Source: Octopus sinensis (taxonomy: Eukaryota). Taken from it: a stretch of 64,000 bases of DNA. Positions 37,095 through 50,420 of the stretch are shown here, piece by piece (within the stretch, counting starts at the first letter, position 1; every line of letters starts with the position of its first letter). The translations under genes and the position numbers were made by a program. The stretch lies in the NCBI RefSeq assembly GCF_006345805.1, contig NC_043020.1:5704001-5768000 (forward strand), read 5' to 3'. The notes beneath the pieces were generated by a model. It was not told the DNA's origin. It was given only the letters and a program-made list of their open reading frames with translations, and ran no database searches.

Positions 37095-37415
37095 AGACCC
37101 CCTTCGGTCATGAATGACCATGGGATTTGCATCTATAAAGTTCCCCTCTGAGGTATAGGTTGGTTATGGAAGACCAGCAATCGCCCATGCACACCAGCAT
37201 CCCATCTCCGTGCCATTGATGTTATCCAAGGGGAAGGCAAAGGGGCCGATACAGTTTGGCACCAATGACTTCACAACTCATTTCTACAGATGAGTGAATT
37301 GGACCAATGTGAATGAAAATGTTTTGCTCAAGAGCACAGCAGAGAGCCCAGTCTGGGAATCAAACTCACTACCTCATGATTGTGAGCCCAGTGCTCTAAC
37401 CACTGAGCCATGTGT
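37095..37415 (-). mobile_element. tRNA-derived SINE (family F)
   Basis: A-box and B-box-like head on the minus strand. Second copy at 30015-30325. Confidence 0.7.
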
Positions 37416-37434
37416 CTTCACATATACACACAAC

Positions 37435-37474
<40 letters not shown>

Positions 37475-37608
37475 CCTTCAAAACGTGGAGTAGTTGAAAC
37501 AGGGACAACTGAAGAAGGGGAATATTCTTTATGTTGTATGTCTCGTTTCTCTGGGTTTTTTTTGTTGTTCGAAAAAAAGTTAGTTTCTATGTTTTCATTT
37601 CTCATTGT

Positions 37609-37810
37609 GTATATATACATATATATATGCATTGTGTATATATACATATATATGCATGTGTATATATACATATATATGCATGTATATATATACATATATA
37701 TGCATGTATATATATACATATATATGCATGTATATATATACATATATATGCATGTATATATATACATATATATGCATGTGTATATATACATATATATGTA
37801 GGCATGTACA
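37609..37810. repeat. 24-bp palindrome-rich minisatellite (gcatgtatatatatacatatatat)n
   Basis: About eight units, read directly. Confidence 0.9.
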
Positions 37811-39409
37811 TATATGCATGTATATATGCATATATTTATATATTATTTATATTATTATATGTATGTATATGTATATATTATACTCACACACACACATACA
37901 CAACAGGCTTCTTTTAGTTTCCATCAAATCCAATCTGGTCGAGGCTATAACAGAAGACACTTTACCCCAAGGTGCCACTAAGGACTGAACCTGGATCCTT
38001 GTGGTTAGGAAGCAAACTCCTTAATCCCACAGCAATGCTGCCTGCACCAGCATTAATTCATAATCAACAGAACCCCTTTGTTGTCAGCAGAGACAAAAGG
38101 GTCCAGAACGTTTATCCTCCACCCACCACCCACCCACCCCCTCCGACCATCGTTACACTGGTTTCTGTACTTCGTTTGTAACGTCCGTCCCTCACTGCCA
38201 AGGCTTCCTGTTTAGGGTCACCGTGGCAACAAAACTCATCAACGACCTCCAGCAAGATTTCTGGGCAATTAAAGGAATTTCTTTGATGATATTTTAAAAC
38301 AAGTTATTAATAGAACAAATGGAATTCTATTAACTCAGACTTGGTAGGTATTTCCACCCCTCCACCCTGCTTTTTGCTGTGAGAATAAAAGAAAATGAAC
38401 TAACACAAACATTACAATAGTTTCTCAACCGGTTCAAAAGACACGAATGAGAAAAACTGAGTAATTTAACACAAGATATGCTATTTTTTTTTCTATTTTT
38501 TGTCTTTTTTTTTAACTTTTACTTGTTTCAGTAATTTACCCGTGGCCATGAACTCCACACCATAAAATCAAACGATGACTTCAACTATAGCATTCGTGCT
38601 ATTCAACACGCTTGCTCTTTTAGTGGGGAACTTGTCACACTTCGGTCGACCCTCAGATGTGATCAGCATTCATGCGGAACATGGTGAACTTGTTGGCTGG
38701 AGCTGGCTCAACCCACCTTCGATGAATGCCACTGCAAGGACAAAAACGCTGGGATGCCATTTTGAAAGGTTTAGTCAAACAAGTCAATACCAGCACTCTT
38801 TTTTTTTGTTTAGCCAAACTGCCATGCAATGAGACTGAACCCAGAACTACATTTTACTCTTTTAATTGTTTCAGTCATGTAACTGTGACCATGCTGGGGC
38901 ACCGCCTTTAGTCGAGCAAATCACCCCCAGGACTTATTCTTTGTAAGCCTAGTACTTATTCTATTGGTCTCTTTTACCGAACCGCAGGGACATAAACACA
39001 CCACCATCGGTGGTGTGAAGTGGTTGGCATTTGGAAGGGCATCCAGCTGTAAAAAACCTTGCCAAAACTGACCTCACCTGTGCTGGTGCCATGTAAAAAG
39101 CACTCAGTCCACTCTGTGGGGTGGTTGGTGTTAGGAAGGGCGTCCAGCTGTAAAAACCTTGCCAAAACAGACACAGAAGTCTGGTGCAGGACTCCTGCCT
39201 GGTCAGCTCGTGTCAAACTGTCCAACTCATGCCAGCATGGAAAGTGGATGTTAAACGACAACGATGACGATGATGATGATGATACACGTTTTTTTTTAAT
39301 TAATAATCAGCAGCAGTTACAGCATGACTCAAGGGCCAAGAATTTCCAGCTGCAAAAATAGGGACCTCTTTGGCCCTTCAGTCACACTTTTAATGTGTGC
39401 AAGTAACAA

Positions 39410-39574
39410 GGCGCAGGAGTGGCTGTGTGGTAGGTAGCTTGCTTACCAACCACATGGTTCCAGGTTCAGTCCCACTGCGTGGCATCTTGGGCAAGTGTCT
39501 TCTGCTATAGCCCCGGGCCGACCAATGCCTTGTGAGTGGATTTGGTAGACAGAAACTGAAAGAAGCCTGTCGTA

Positions 39575-39619
<45 letters not shown>

Positions 39620-39840
39620 GTATGTGTGTGTGTGTGTGTGTGTTTGTCCCCCTAGCATTGCTTGACAACCGATGCTGGTGTGTTTACATCCCCATCACTT
39701 AGCGGTTCGGCAAAAGAGACTGATAGAATAAGTACTGGGCTTACAAAGAATAAGTCCCGGGGTCGGTTTGCTCGACTAAAGGCAGTGCTCCAGCATGGCC
39801 GCAGTCAAATGACTGAAACAAGTAAAAGAGAGTAAAGAGA
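39410..39840 (+). mobile_element. SINE family B
   Basis: Consensus match. Confidence 0.85.
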
Positions 39841-40870
39841 GAGAGTAAGTATGTATGTGTTTGTGTGTTTCCCTCTCTTTTACGAAACTCCTTTATCTGT
39901 TTGTCCCCCGATACTACCCCCCATTTCTTCAGTTGCAGGGTTTTGTCTTGCAAGCTACTTGGCCACCTCAATGCTGCTGGTGCCACGAAAAAAAAAAAAA
40001 AAGCACCCAGTACACTTAGTAAAGTGGTTGGCGTTAGGAAGGGCACCCAGCCATAGAAACCATGCCAAAGCAGACAGCAAGGATAGCTGTAATCTTCTGA
40101 CTTACCAGTTCCTGTGGAACCGTCCAACCCATGCCAGCATGGAAAACATGTTAAAATGGTGATATATATATGAGCCAGAAACAGAGGCTCTCTATGCTCT
40201 GTGACTGTTAGAAATAGCAGTCAAATCTCCTGCGATTGATACAGTACTATTTTTTTAAATATAGGAAGAACTCATTAGTATTGTGAGGGCATCCAGCCGT
40301 AGAAACATTGCCAGATCAGACTGGGCCTGGTGCAGCCTTCTGGCTTCCCAGACCCCCGGTCGAACCGTCCAACCCATGCTAGCATGGAAAGCGGATGCTA
40401 AACGATGATGATGATGATAAACCGTGCCTATAGAGAAAAAAATGGCGGAGTTTTGAAATATATGAAAGAAAAGGGTGTAGAAGTGAGAGGGGGAGCCGAA
40501 AATGTTTTTAAAAACTGACATTTTTGGAATTGTTCTTTCCGATGAGTGAAAGAAACACAAGAATGTTAAAGCAAAAACATCTTACTCTTCTCCTTTCCCA
40601 TAAAGTATAAGACCACGAGTGAAAGCTATTCTGAAATTCGGTCTTGAAAAAAAAATCATGTTAGATGGTCACAGCTGGAACATTTCTGATCATTGTGCTG
40701 CTCAGAGTGGCTGTCTTAGGGCTGGACAACAATAAATAGCGTCAAGTTTTAAGCTTGTATAAAATTATGTGATAACCTTATGGTGTTTCAAGCAAGGGTA
40801 TTTATTATTAATTAATGCATGGATGTTTTGTGTATAAAACATACGGATAGCAATTGGATTTAGGTACTAC

Positions 40871-41135
40871 TAGCGAACAGTGGTCCCAGTGCTCGCACGC
40901 GCTAGCTAGTCGTGACTAGTCGATCCTTACTTTGTGTTTTTGTGTTATTTACTTTGTTTAAAAAATTATTTTACTTTGTTTTTTTGTGTTTTATTTTACT
41001 TTGTTTAACAAAAATGATTTACTTTGTGTAAAAAAAATTATTTTTGTGTTTTATTTACTTTGCCAGGTAGTCGTTGTAGGATCGACTAGTCACGACTAGC
41101 TAGCACAGATACGCGAGTGCGCGTATTATTCGCTA
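40871..41135. mobile_element. Foldback/MITE-like element with perfect 27-bp subterminal inverted repeats
   Basis: gctagctagtcgtgactagtcgatcct (40901-40927) and its exact reverse complement (41078-41104). Outer ends are tagcgaa and ttcgcta. Confidence 0.7.
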
Positions 41136-42379
41136 AATTCCGCCGAGGTCGACTTTGCCTTTCATCCTTTCGGGGGTCGATTAAATAAGTACCAGTTACG
41201 CACTGGGGGTCGATGTAACCGACTTAGTCCCTTTGTCTGTCATTGTTTGTCCCCTCTATGTTTAGCCCCTTGTGGGCAATAAAGAATTAAATTTATACAA
41301 AGTCAAATGCCTGCTTGGCACGAACGTAGATTAGTCATAAACAGAAAAGCATTCGTAATTTCTACTGCACATGTATAGAATGATGTATATTACATAGATT
41401 AAGGACCTAAACACTTACATAGGATGACGAAGAGGGGAGAGGTTCCTCTCTGAAGGCCTTCTGCTATTCAGTTCTTCCTAGAGATTCTTACTCAGGCGAC
41501 AGTCCAACTTCGTAGCTCACCAAACTAAACTGATTCGCTTCTCAAATGACACCTACTTAATTCTGCCAGAGGCGTAGCTTGGGCGGGACCACGGGGGTAG
41601 TCGTCCTCGATGCAGAATTAGTAGTAAGACATGATACTGAGCAAAATAGACCATCCCAGCCCACGATACTAGCCTCGCCCCCCGGGGCTGGTTACCTGGG
41701 CTACGGCACTGAATTTTTCTTTTTACTTTTATTATTAATTCTTCTTTCACTTCACGCCTACCTCGGATAACTACAGGGTCTTCGTGTGGTCACTCGACAA
41801 GCTAGAAATAGCAGTCAAATCTCTCCCTCCATGCAAATTGTATAGAGCTAGATGGTTTTTATTTCTTTTTTTGTAACCTTAAGAGTGTACATGAGATGAA
41901 AACATGATTAAAAGTAAGTTTTAAAATGTTTATAAGACAAATTTGGAAAAGTTGTAAAAAAATATTTTTGATATTTTTTTATCTTGAAATATTTAACGAT
42001 TTTTTTTTTTTTGTGACTGATATCTTTGTTAAAGTTAACATGGAGTGGTCACCCGAGAGGCTAGAAATAACAGCGAACTTTCTCTCGAAAATACAAAAGA
42101 AAAAGAAAGACAAAGGTTATAACATCCAACTCCCTAATGTCGTCGCTAAAAGTTGAAGAGAAAGTGTTAAAAATGGGATTGTTTTTGGTGAAAAACGAAC
42201 CTTGAGTGTCAGAGACAACAAAAGCAGCAATTAAATGGTGACTGCGACCCAATTGTAACCACTTCCTTTCACAAATAGATGTTGATGGGTTTATACAGTT
42301 CAGAAAAATTCCATTCATTACACGCCTCTCTCTCATTTTCGCACAACACGCACGTGTGTATATAAATGTGTATGTATGC

Positions 42380-42450
<71 letters not shown>

Positions 42451-42506
42451 GGAAATATTAAATTTCTAAATCTCTCATAGAGATATGTACGGTGGTGGGG
42501 CGATAT

Positions 42507-42751
42507 AATGGTTGTATACTGTCAATCTAACGTGAACGTGACAGTAGGGGGTTACACCACCGCTGTTTAGCCCTAGGAAGCATCGACGCCTCCTGATGGC
42601 TTTGACACATTTTTCCTGTATATTTTTCCTATATATAAGGACACAGGAAAAATGTGTCAAAGGCATCAGGAGGCGTCAATGCTTCCTAGGGCTAAACAGC
42701 GGTTGTGTAACCCCTTACTGTCACGTTCACGTTAGATTGACAGTATACAAC

Positions 42752-42755
<4 letters not shown>
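42507..42755. repeat. 113-bp inverted repeat with 23-nt loop
   Basis: Arms 42507-42619 and 42643-42755 are complementary with 4 mismatches. Confidence 0.95.
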
Positions 42756-42800
<45 letters not shown>

Positions 42801-43519
42801 ACGGCAGACGAAATACTGCTGAGCATTTCACCCGGCGTGCTAACGTTTCTGCCAGCTCGCCGCGAGCTGGGGTACATCACACACCCAATGGACGTCTAGT
42901 AAAGGTCACAATGCACAGGGTTTAGACAGAGCTATAAATACGGTCGTGTTTGTTAGTTGTCAGATGTCCAGGACAGGACTGGGACTCCTTGATGGTTTTA
43001 ATAGTTTTAGATTAGATTTTTTTCCCCCTCAAAATTAAGTCACTGATCCATAACCAGGACATTTCAAGATATTCTGGGATATTTCGGTTACATTTTTATA
43101 ACAGGATGGAACACCGGAAGAGGCTCTTCAAATCGGGACAGTCCCGGCCAAACAGGAACGTATCTTAGCACATACAGTTGCTTAAAGTTTCCATGAGTCA
43201 GAAATAATTCCATACATCTTTCATCCAGGTTCCCTCGTAAGACTACGATCATCCTGGGTGGGGCATGCCTTGAAAATTAAGTCGAACAGATCGACCCCGG
43301 TACTTCTCCGCACCCGAGCCTGGTTCCATAGGGTTTTTTTTTTTTTTTGCTGAACCGCTAGATTACGGGGACGTAAATTATCTTAAACCTGTTGTCAAGG
43401 TGTGGTGAAGGAACATACATACATACATACATACATACATCCATCCATCCATCCATCCATCCATCCATCATCCATCCATCCATCCATCCATCCATCCATC
43501 CATCCATCCATCCATCCAT

Positions 43520-43558
<39 letters not shown>

Positions 43559-44039
43559 TACATACATACATACATACATACATAGAGCTTCTTTCTGTTT
43601 CCGCCCCAAAAAAATCAATTCACAGTTACCCAGTAAGAATCAGAAATATATAATTCTTTCAAAATTTGGCACAAGGCCAGAATTTTAAGGGAATTCGATT
43701 ACATGGACCCTAATGTTAAACTGGGCCCTTTTTTCTTTTTTTTTTTTTTTACTCGATCATCGACACTGAATGGATGAAAGGCTAAGTCGACCTCGGCGGC
43801 GGAACTTGCTCTCAGAACGGAAAGAGGTGACAGAAATGTCGATAAGCACTTTGTTCGACACGCTTTATGATAATATATAACCATAACCTCAGATAATGAA
43901 AATAGCTGGAAGGAAAGTAGTAGATGTCAGTCAGATGGGATTGTACATGTCGTTCCAAGGTCCAAATTGTCAAGCTGACTCGGCCCTGAACAATTATGCC
44001 AAAAGGTACATCTAGATCAAACCTCGTCAAACACACCTA

Positions 44040-44245
44040 TACTCTTTTACTTGTTTCAGTCATTTGACCGCGGCCATGCTGGAACACCGCCTTTAGTCGA
44101 GCAACTCGATCCCGGGACTTATTCTTTGTAAGAGCCCAGTACTTATTCTATCGGTCTCCTTTGCCGAACCGCTAAGTGACGGGGACATAAACACACCAGC
44201 ATCGGTTGTCAAGCAATGCTAGGGGGACAAACACAAACACACACG

Positions 44246-44299
<54 letters not shown>

Positions 44300-44460
44300 T
44301 ACGACGGGCTTCTTTCAGTTTCAGACTACCAAATCCACTCACAAGGCTTTGGTCGGCCCAAGGCTATAGTAGAAGACACTTGCCCAAGGTGCCACGCAGT
44401 GGGACTGATCCCGGAACCATGTGGTTGGTAAGCAAGCAACTTACCAGACAGCCACTCCTG
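44040..44460 (-). mobile_element. SINE family B
   Basis: Consensus match. Confidence 0.85.
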
Positions 44461-46433
44461 ATCACTAACTCTAACCATGACCATCTCCCATTTTTTTTTA
44501 TTGGTATTTAGAACTATATTACCAAATGCGTCCTTCCTTCTTTTTAATGCGACGGAGATTTGTATTGGAGGAGTTCGACTGGCTGTTATGTCTAGCAAGT
44601 CGACCGACCTCGATGGTAGTAGTGTTTGGTCAGTGACATGGTGGTTGTTGTCTTATAGCCTCTCGTCCACCGACCCATAACTCAGTCCTGATCGAGCAGA
44701 CCAATGATCAGAGACGTCCCAGCTGTGACCACTCCTTCGGTGTCTTACGTGCAAATCATCCAGGACGGGGTTATTTGTAGAGTAGGGATCGGCAAACCTC
44801 TTGTATCGTTGGACCCTCTTTGTGGAATCATCGATAGGTTATCGACCCCATGGCATGCAAATTTCTAAAAGAATATCAAAAAGTATTTATCGTGTCTTTT
44901 ATTTGCTTCAATCATTAGACTGCGGCCATGCTGGGGCATCGTCTTGAAGAATTTTTAATCGAATGAATGGACTCCAGTAGCCATTTCTATATTTAAGATA
45001 TGGTATGCTTTGAGGCGGATTTGGCTACTCTGTCTAGCAGGCCGAGCAACCACCTTAGAACTCTCCCCGTGGCTCCTTCAAGCCTGTGATCAATGAAAAT
45101 GGGTTACAGCCAAGTGCTTGTAACATAATTGTAGCATTAGAAAGAGAGGGAGAGACATGGACAGACAGGCTGATGGTTTAAAGCCTGATGTTTATTCTAT
45201 CGGTCTCTTTTGCCGGACCGCTAAGTTACAGGGACGTAAACAAAACAACACTGGTTGTCAAGTGGTAGTGGGAACACAGACACAAAACACCAACACATAC
45301 GCGACGGGCTTCTTTCAGTTTCGTCCATCAAATCCACTCACAAGGTCTTGATCGGCCCATGGCTATATAGTAGAAGACACTTGCCCAAGGTGCCACGCTG
45401 TGGGACTGAACCCGGAACCATGTGGTAGGGAAGCAACCTTCAAACCAAACGGCCACGCCTGCTCCTGGAAATTTAATGGACAGCTTCACGGAATCGTTAA
45501 TAAATTATCGACCCCCATCTTGTAAATTTCTAAAACAAAATTTTTTACAAGTATACTCAACAAAAAATTTCTTGATTTAAAAACAATAATTATTTCGTTC
45601 TTTCGGTGTCATTACAGCTTTTTAAAAAGAAATATTTAAAAAATGTTATTCGCGTTAAAAAAAAAAAAAGGGTTGCTAAAAATTCAACATCCTTAATTTC
45701 AGGTGTTTATCGACTTCCACCTTAGCCCCCTCCAAGGGTCAATATTAACCACTTAGCCAACCCCTGTTTCTGAAATTCCTTTGTATGCTCGGGTTGTGGC
45801 AATCACAAGACTCGCCCCTTTTCAATAAGAATATGAAGGATCAAAATCAACCAAATTCTTTAAAAGGAAACTTCAAAGACACAAAATGCAAAGGGAACAG
45901 CTGCAAAGGTCCAAAAGTCGAAGCGCTGGTTGTATAACACTAGGACAGCCTGACTGAGCAGACCTATTATCAAAAGCTTTCTCACCGTGGCCATCCCGCC
46001 TTGCTCAGACTACACAGTACATGTTTAATTTTTTTTTTTGAAGACGACAGCATATGATTTCAATAAAAAATTTTTACTGTCTCTAATGGTCCTATAGATG
46101 CTCTTAGTCGAATCCTTAGCAGTTTTGTTGTTTCACCTTAGGTTACTAGTTTAGCAGACATACAACCCAAGACACACCAACTGTGACCATCCCATCTTTG
46201 AAAGTTCTGTAGTACTAACTAGATTATCTAATGTAGCCATTTCTATAATTAAGATATGGTATGCTTTGAGGCGGATTTGGCTACTCTGTCTAGCAGGCCG
46301 AGCGACCACCTTAGAGCTCTCCCCGTGGCTCCTTCAAGCCTGTGTGATCAATGAAAATGGGTTACAGCCAAGTGCTTGTAACATAATTTGTAGCATTAGA
46401 AAGAGAGGGAGAGAGACAGACAGACTGATATAC

Positions 46434-46472
<39 letters not shown>

Positions 46473-46473
<1 letters not shown>

Positions 46474-46705
46474 CATATTCCTCCCCACCACCACAAACTC
46501 AATACCACTATAAAATGGTCAAAACTCCTCACACGGGAACTTAGTTTGATTTGAAAACCCCACTAGAATGGGAGAAAGCGCTAATACATGATCTAAGTTA
46601 TATGATATATATGTAAAAAATGTAATATACAAATAAATATCTGTAAATATAAACCATCCGATTTTCTGAGTACCTCATTTCTTCTAATATATATATATAT
46701 ACATA

Positions 46706-46757
<52 letters not shown>

Positions 46758-47272
46758 CGTATGTATGTAGGTATCTAGGTAGGTAGGTAGATAGCGTTAA
46801 GTGAGAAATTTGAAGTGGCACAATTCCCAATTTGACGCGTGGTGAATTAGAGTCAGGGCGTGAGGCAGAAATTGCTGAGTGTTAACTGTTAGTTTGTTTT
46901 TTTCATATTCACACATTATTTGGACGACTGCACCAACAGCCTATATAGGAGGACATGTCGAATAGTCATCGTGTGTATATGTGTGTGTGTATAACTACAT
47001 ATATCATACACAACACATATTAGGCATTAAATATATTGAAATATATAAGCAAGTGCGTTCATATGCACACACTGTCATATATATATATATAATTGGGGTT
47101 CAGTAAAATTATATATATATATATATATATATAATTAGGGTTCAGTAAAATAATTTACTTTACCACACACCGAACTTTTAGAAATAGCAGCCAAAAAAAT
47201 CTTAGTTATTTCCTCTACTATAAGAAAAATCTCCCAGACAATGTTGCATACTCAAAAATAATTCACTATAAG

Positions 47273-47333
<61 letters not shown>

Positions 47334-47958
47334 CATACACACAAACATTGTATATTACATGTATATAAGCAATTTAAGTAAAGTATATCAGACTGTAAAC
47401 ATATACAAACTAGATTTGTATATATATATACATAATATAGGGTGAAATTAATTAATTTGGAATAATCATTAATTTCACCAAGTAGATTTCGGCATGTAAA
47501 AGCTCCATTCGAGGAAGGTTTAAGTAATACTAAGTAATTAAGGTTTAAGTAATACTAAGTAATTAAGGGTGAGGCAAATCGTTGCTAAACCCTTAATTAC
47601 TTAGTATATATATATACATATATATATATGCAAAATATATAAAACGTGATCAGACTTTTGCCAAAATATATTATTAATCTCCACCGTGGTATTGAGTTAC
47701 CTAGGGCCAACATTAAACGTATGCGTATGTATGTGTGTGTGTATAAAAATTTTAATTAAGCACTTTGGCTGTGTATATACACAAATTTGCATCGTCGAGT
47801 CAAAACGAAAGATTGCCTCTGCATCTACACGAAATATATAAATCAAACGTGCTAGACATAACAAACACATATGTGTGTGTTGCTTAGAGTAAACGCTTAA
47901 GATGTAAACATATGCAAACTAGATTTGTATACACACAAAGATATAAACCTTGCATGCA

Positions 47959-47993
<35 letters not shown>

Positions 47994-48241
47994 GTGTGTG
48001 TGTGTCATATTCCTCCCCACCACCACAAACTCAATACCACTATAAAATGGTCAAAACTCCTCACACGGGAACTTAGTTTGATTTGAAAACCCCACTAGAA
48101 TGGGAGAAAGCGCTAATACATGATCTAAGTTATATGATATATATGTAAAAAATGTAATATACAAATAAATATCTGTAAATATAAACCATCCGATTTTCTG
48201 AGTACCTCATTTCTTCTAATATATATATATATATACACATA

Positions 48242-48301
<60 letters not shown>

Positions 48302-48663
48302 CGTATGTATGTAGGTATCTAGGTAGGTAGGTAGATAGCGTTAAGTGAGAAATTTGAAGTGGCACAATTCCCAATTTGACGCGTGGTGAATTAGAGTCAG
48401 GGCGTGAGGCAGAAATTGCTGAGTGTTAACTGTTAGTTTGTTTTTTTCATATTCACACATTATTTGGACGACTGCACCAACAGCCTATATAGGAGGACAT
48501 GTCGAATAGTCATCGTGTGTATATGTGTGTGTGTATAACTACATATATCATACACAACACATATTAGGCATTAAATATATTGAAATATATAAGCAAGTGC
48601 GTTCATATGCACACACTGTCATATATATATATATTATATATATATATATAATTGGGGTTCAGT

Positions 48664-48699
<36 letters not shown>

Positions 48700-48833
48700 G
48701 GGTTCAGTAAAATAATTTACTTTACCACACACCGAACTTTTAGAAATAGCAGCCAAAAAAATCTTAGTTATTTCCTCTACTATAAGAAAAATCTCCCAGA
48801 CAATGTGCATACTCAAAAATAATTCACTATAAG

Positions 48834-48894
<61 letters not shown>

Positions 48895-49542
48895 CATACA
48901 CACAAACATTGTATATTACATGTATATAAGCAATTTAAGTAAAGTATATCAGACTGTAAACATATACAAACTAGATTTGTATATATATATACATAATATA
49001 GGGTGAAATTAATTAATTTGGAATAATCATTAATTTCACCAAGTAGATTTCGGCATGTAAAAGCTCCATTCGAGGAAGGTTTAAGTAATACTAAGTAATT
49101 AAAGTTTAAGTAATACTAAGTAATTAAGGTTTAAGTAATACTAAGTAATTAAGGGTGAGGCAAATCGTTGCTAAACCCTTAATTACTTAGTATATATATA
49201 CATATATATATATGCAAAATATATAAAATGTGATCAGACTTTTGCCAAAATATATTATTAATCTCCACCGTGGTATTGAGTTACCTAGGGCCAACATTAA
49301 ACGTATGCGTATGTATGTGTGTGTGTATAAAAATTTTAATTAAGCACTTTGGCTGTGTATATACACAAATTTGCATCGTCGAGTCAAAACGAAAGATTGC
49401 CTCTGCATCTACACGAAATATATAAATCAAACGTGCTAGACATAACAAACACATATGTGTGTGTTGCTTAGAGTAAACGCTTAAGATGTAAACATATGCA
49501 AACTAGATTTGTATACACACAAAGATATAAACCTTGCATGCA

Positions 49543-49575
<33 letters not shown>
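46473..49575. repeat. Near-identical tandem duplication, period 1532 bp
   Basis: tcatattcctccccaccaccacaaactc at 46473 and 48005. Copies differ mainly in microsatellite lengths and a few bases. Confidence 0.95.
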
Positions 49576-49584
<9 letters not shown>

Positions 49585-49719
49585 ATGTATTGCATGCATA
49601 CACATGGACGTACGATTTTGCAATTTATAGCAATATACATAGGGAATATACAAAAATTCTTGATTCCCAGTTGATATGCATCTAAAACTCGCGCACTTTA
49701 ACAGAAGAGAGAGAGAAGG

Positions 49720-49834
49720 AAAAAGAAACAGTGAATAGAAGGAGACAGACAGATAGAAAGATGCCGAGAAGTAGAGAGAGAGAGAGAAATAGATTAAGGA
49801 ATACAGAGAGAGAGAGAAATACTTACAATTGTAA

Positions 49835-49865
<31 letters not shown>

Positions 49866-50165
49866 AATAGTAAATGAAAGGAGACAGACAGATAGAAAGA
49901 TGCCGAGAAGTAGAGAGAGAGAGAGAGAGAGAGAAATAGATTAAGGAATACAGAGAGAGAGAGAAATACTTACAATTGTAAAGAGAGAGAGAGAGAGAGA
50001 AAGAAATAGTGAATGAAAGGAGACAGACAGATAGAAAGATGCCGAGAAGTAGAGAGAGAGAGAGAGAGGGAGAGAAATAGATTAAGGAATAGAGAGAGAG
50101 AGAGAAATACTAACAATTGTAAAGAGAGAGAGAGAGAAATACAAAAGTGTAAAGAGAGAGAGAGA
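49720..50165. repeat. GA-rich tandem repeat, period 139 bp, 3 units
   Basis: ggagacagacagatagaaagatgccgagaag at 49741, 49880 and 50019. Confidence 0.9.
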
Positions 50166-50198
50166 AATGCAATTACTGAATAGGCAATAGGTTAAAAG

Positions 50199-50239
<41 letters not shown>

Positions 50240-50264
50240 GTTAAGTATTTAATGCTTGGTTTAC

Positions 50265-50420
50265 CTTAGATATGCAATGCAATGAGGACGACGAGAGAGA
50301 GAAAACAAAGTGAAGCCCGCCAAAGTAAATTGGTGCAGTGATAGTAAAGGAAGAAGAAAAACGGAGGAGAAATCTGCAAACCCACCTTGTATTGTTATGA
50401 TGTGTGGAGGTCTAAGTGCT
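50265..50420 (-). other. Candidate non-coding first exon (5' UTR) of the minus-strand CARHSP1-like gene
   Basis: Non-repetitive stretch ending in a strong minus-strand donor AAG|GTAAAC (exon end 50265). I saw no ATG in it. It sits just downstream of a GA tract and a CRE. The link to the acceptor at 3081 is inference, and the 5' end is approximate. Confidence 0.45.

Noticed and set aside
41425-41460. gaagaggggagaggttcctctctgaagg hairpin as a hammerhead
   Set aside because: Both conserved core strands are mismatched (ACGAAGA, TGAAG).
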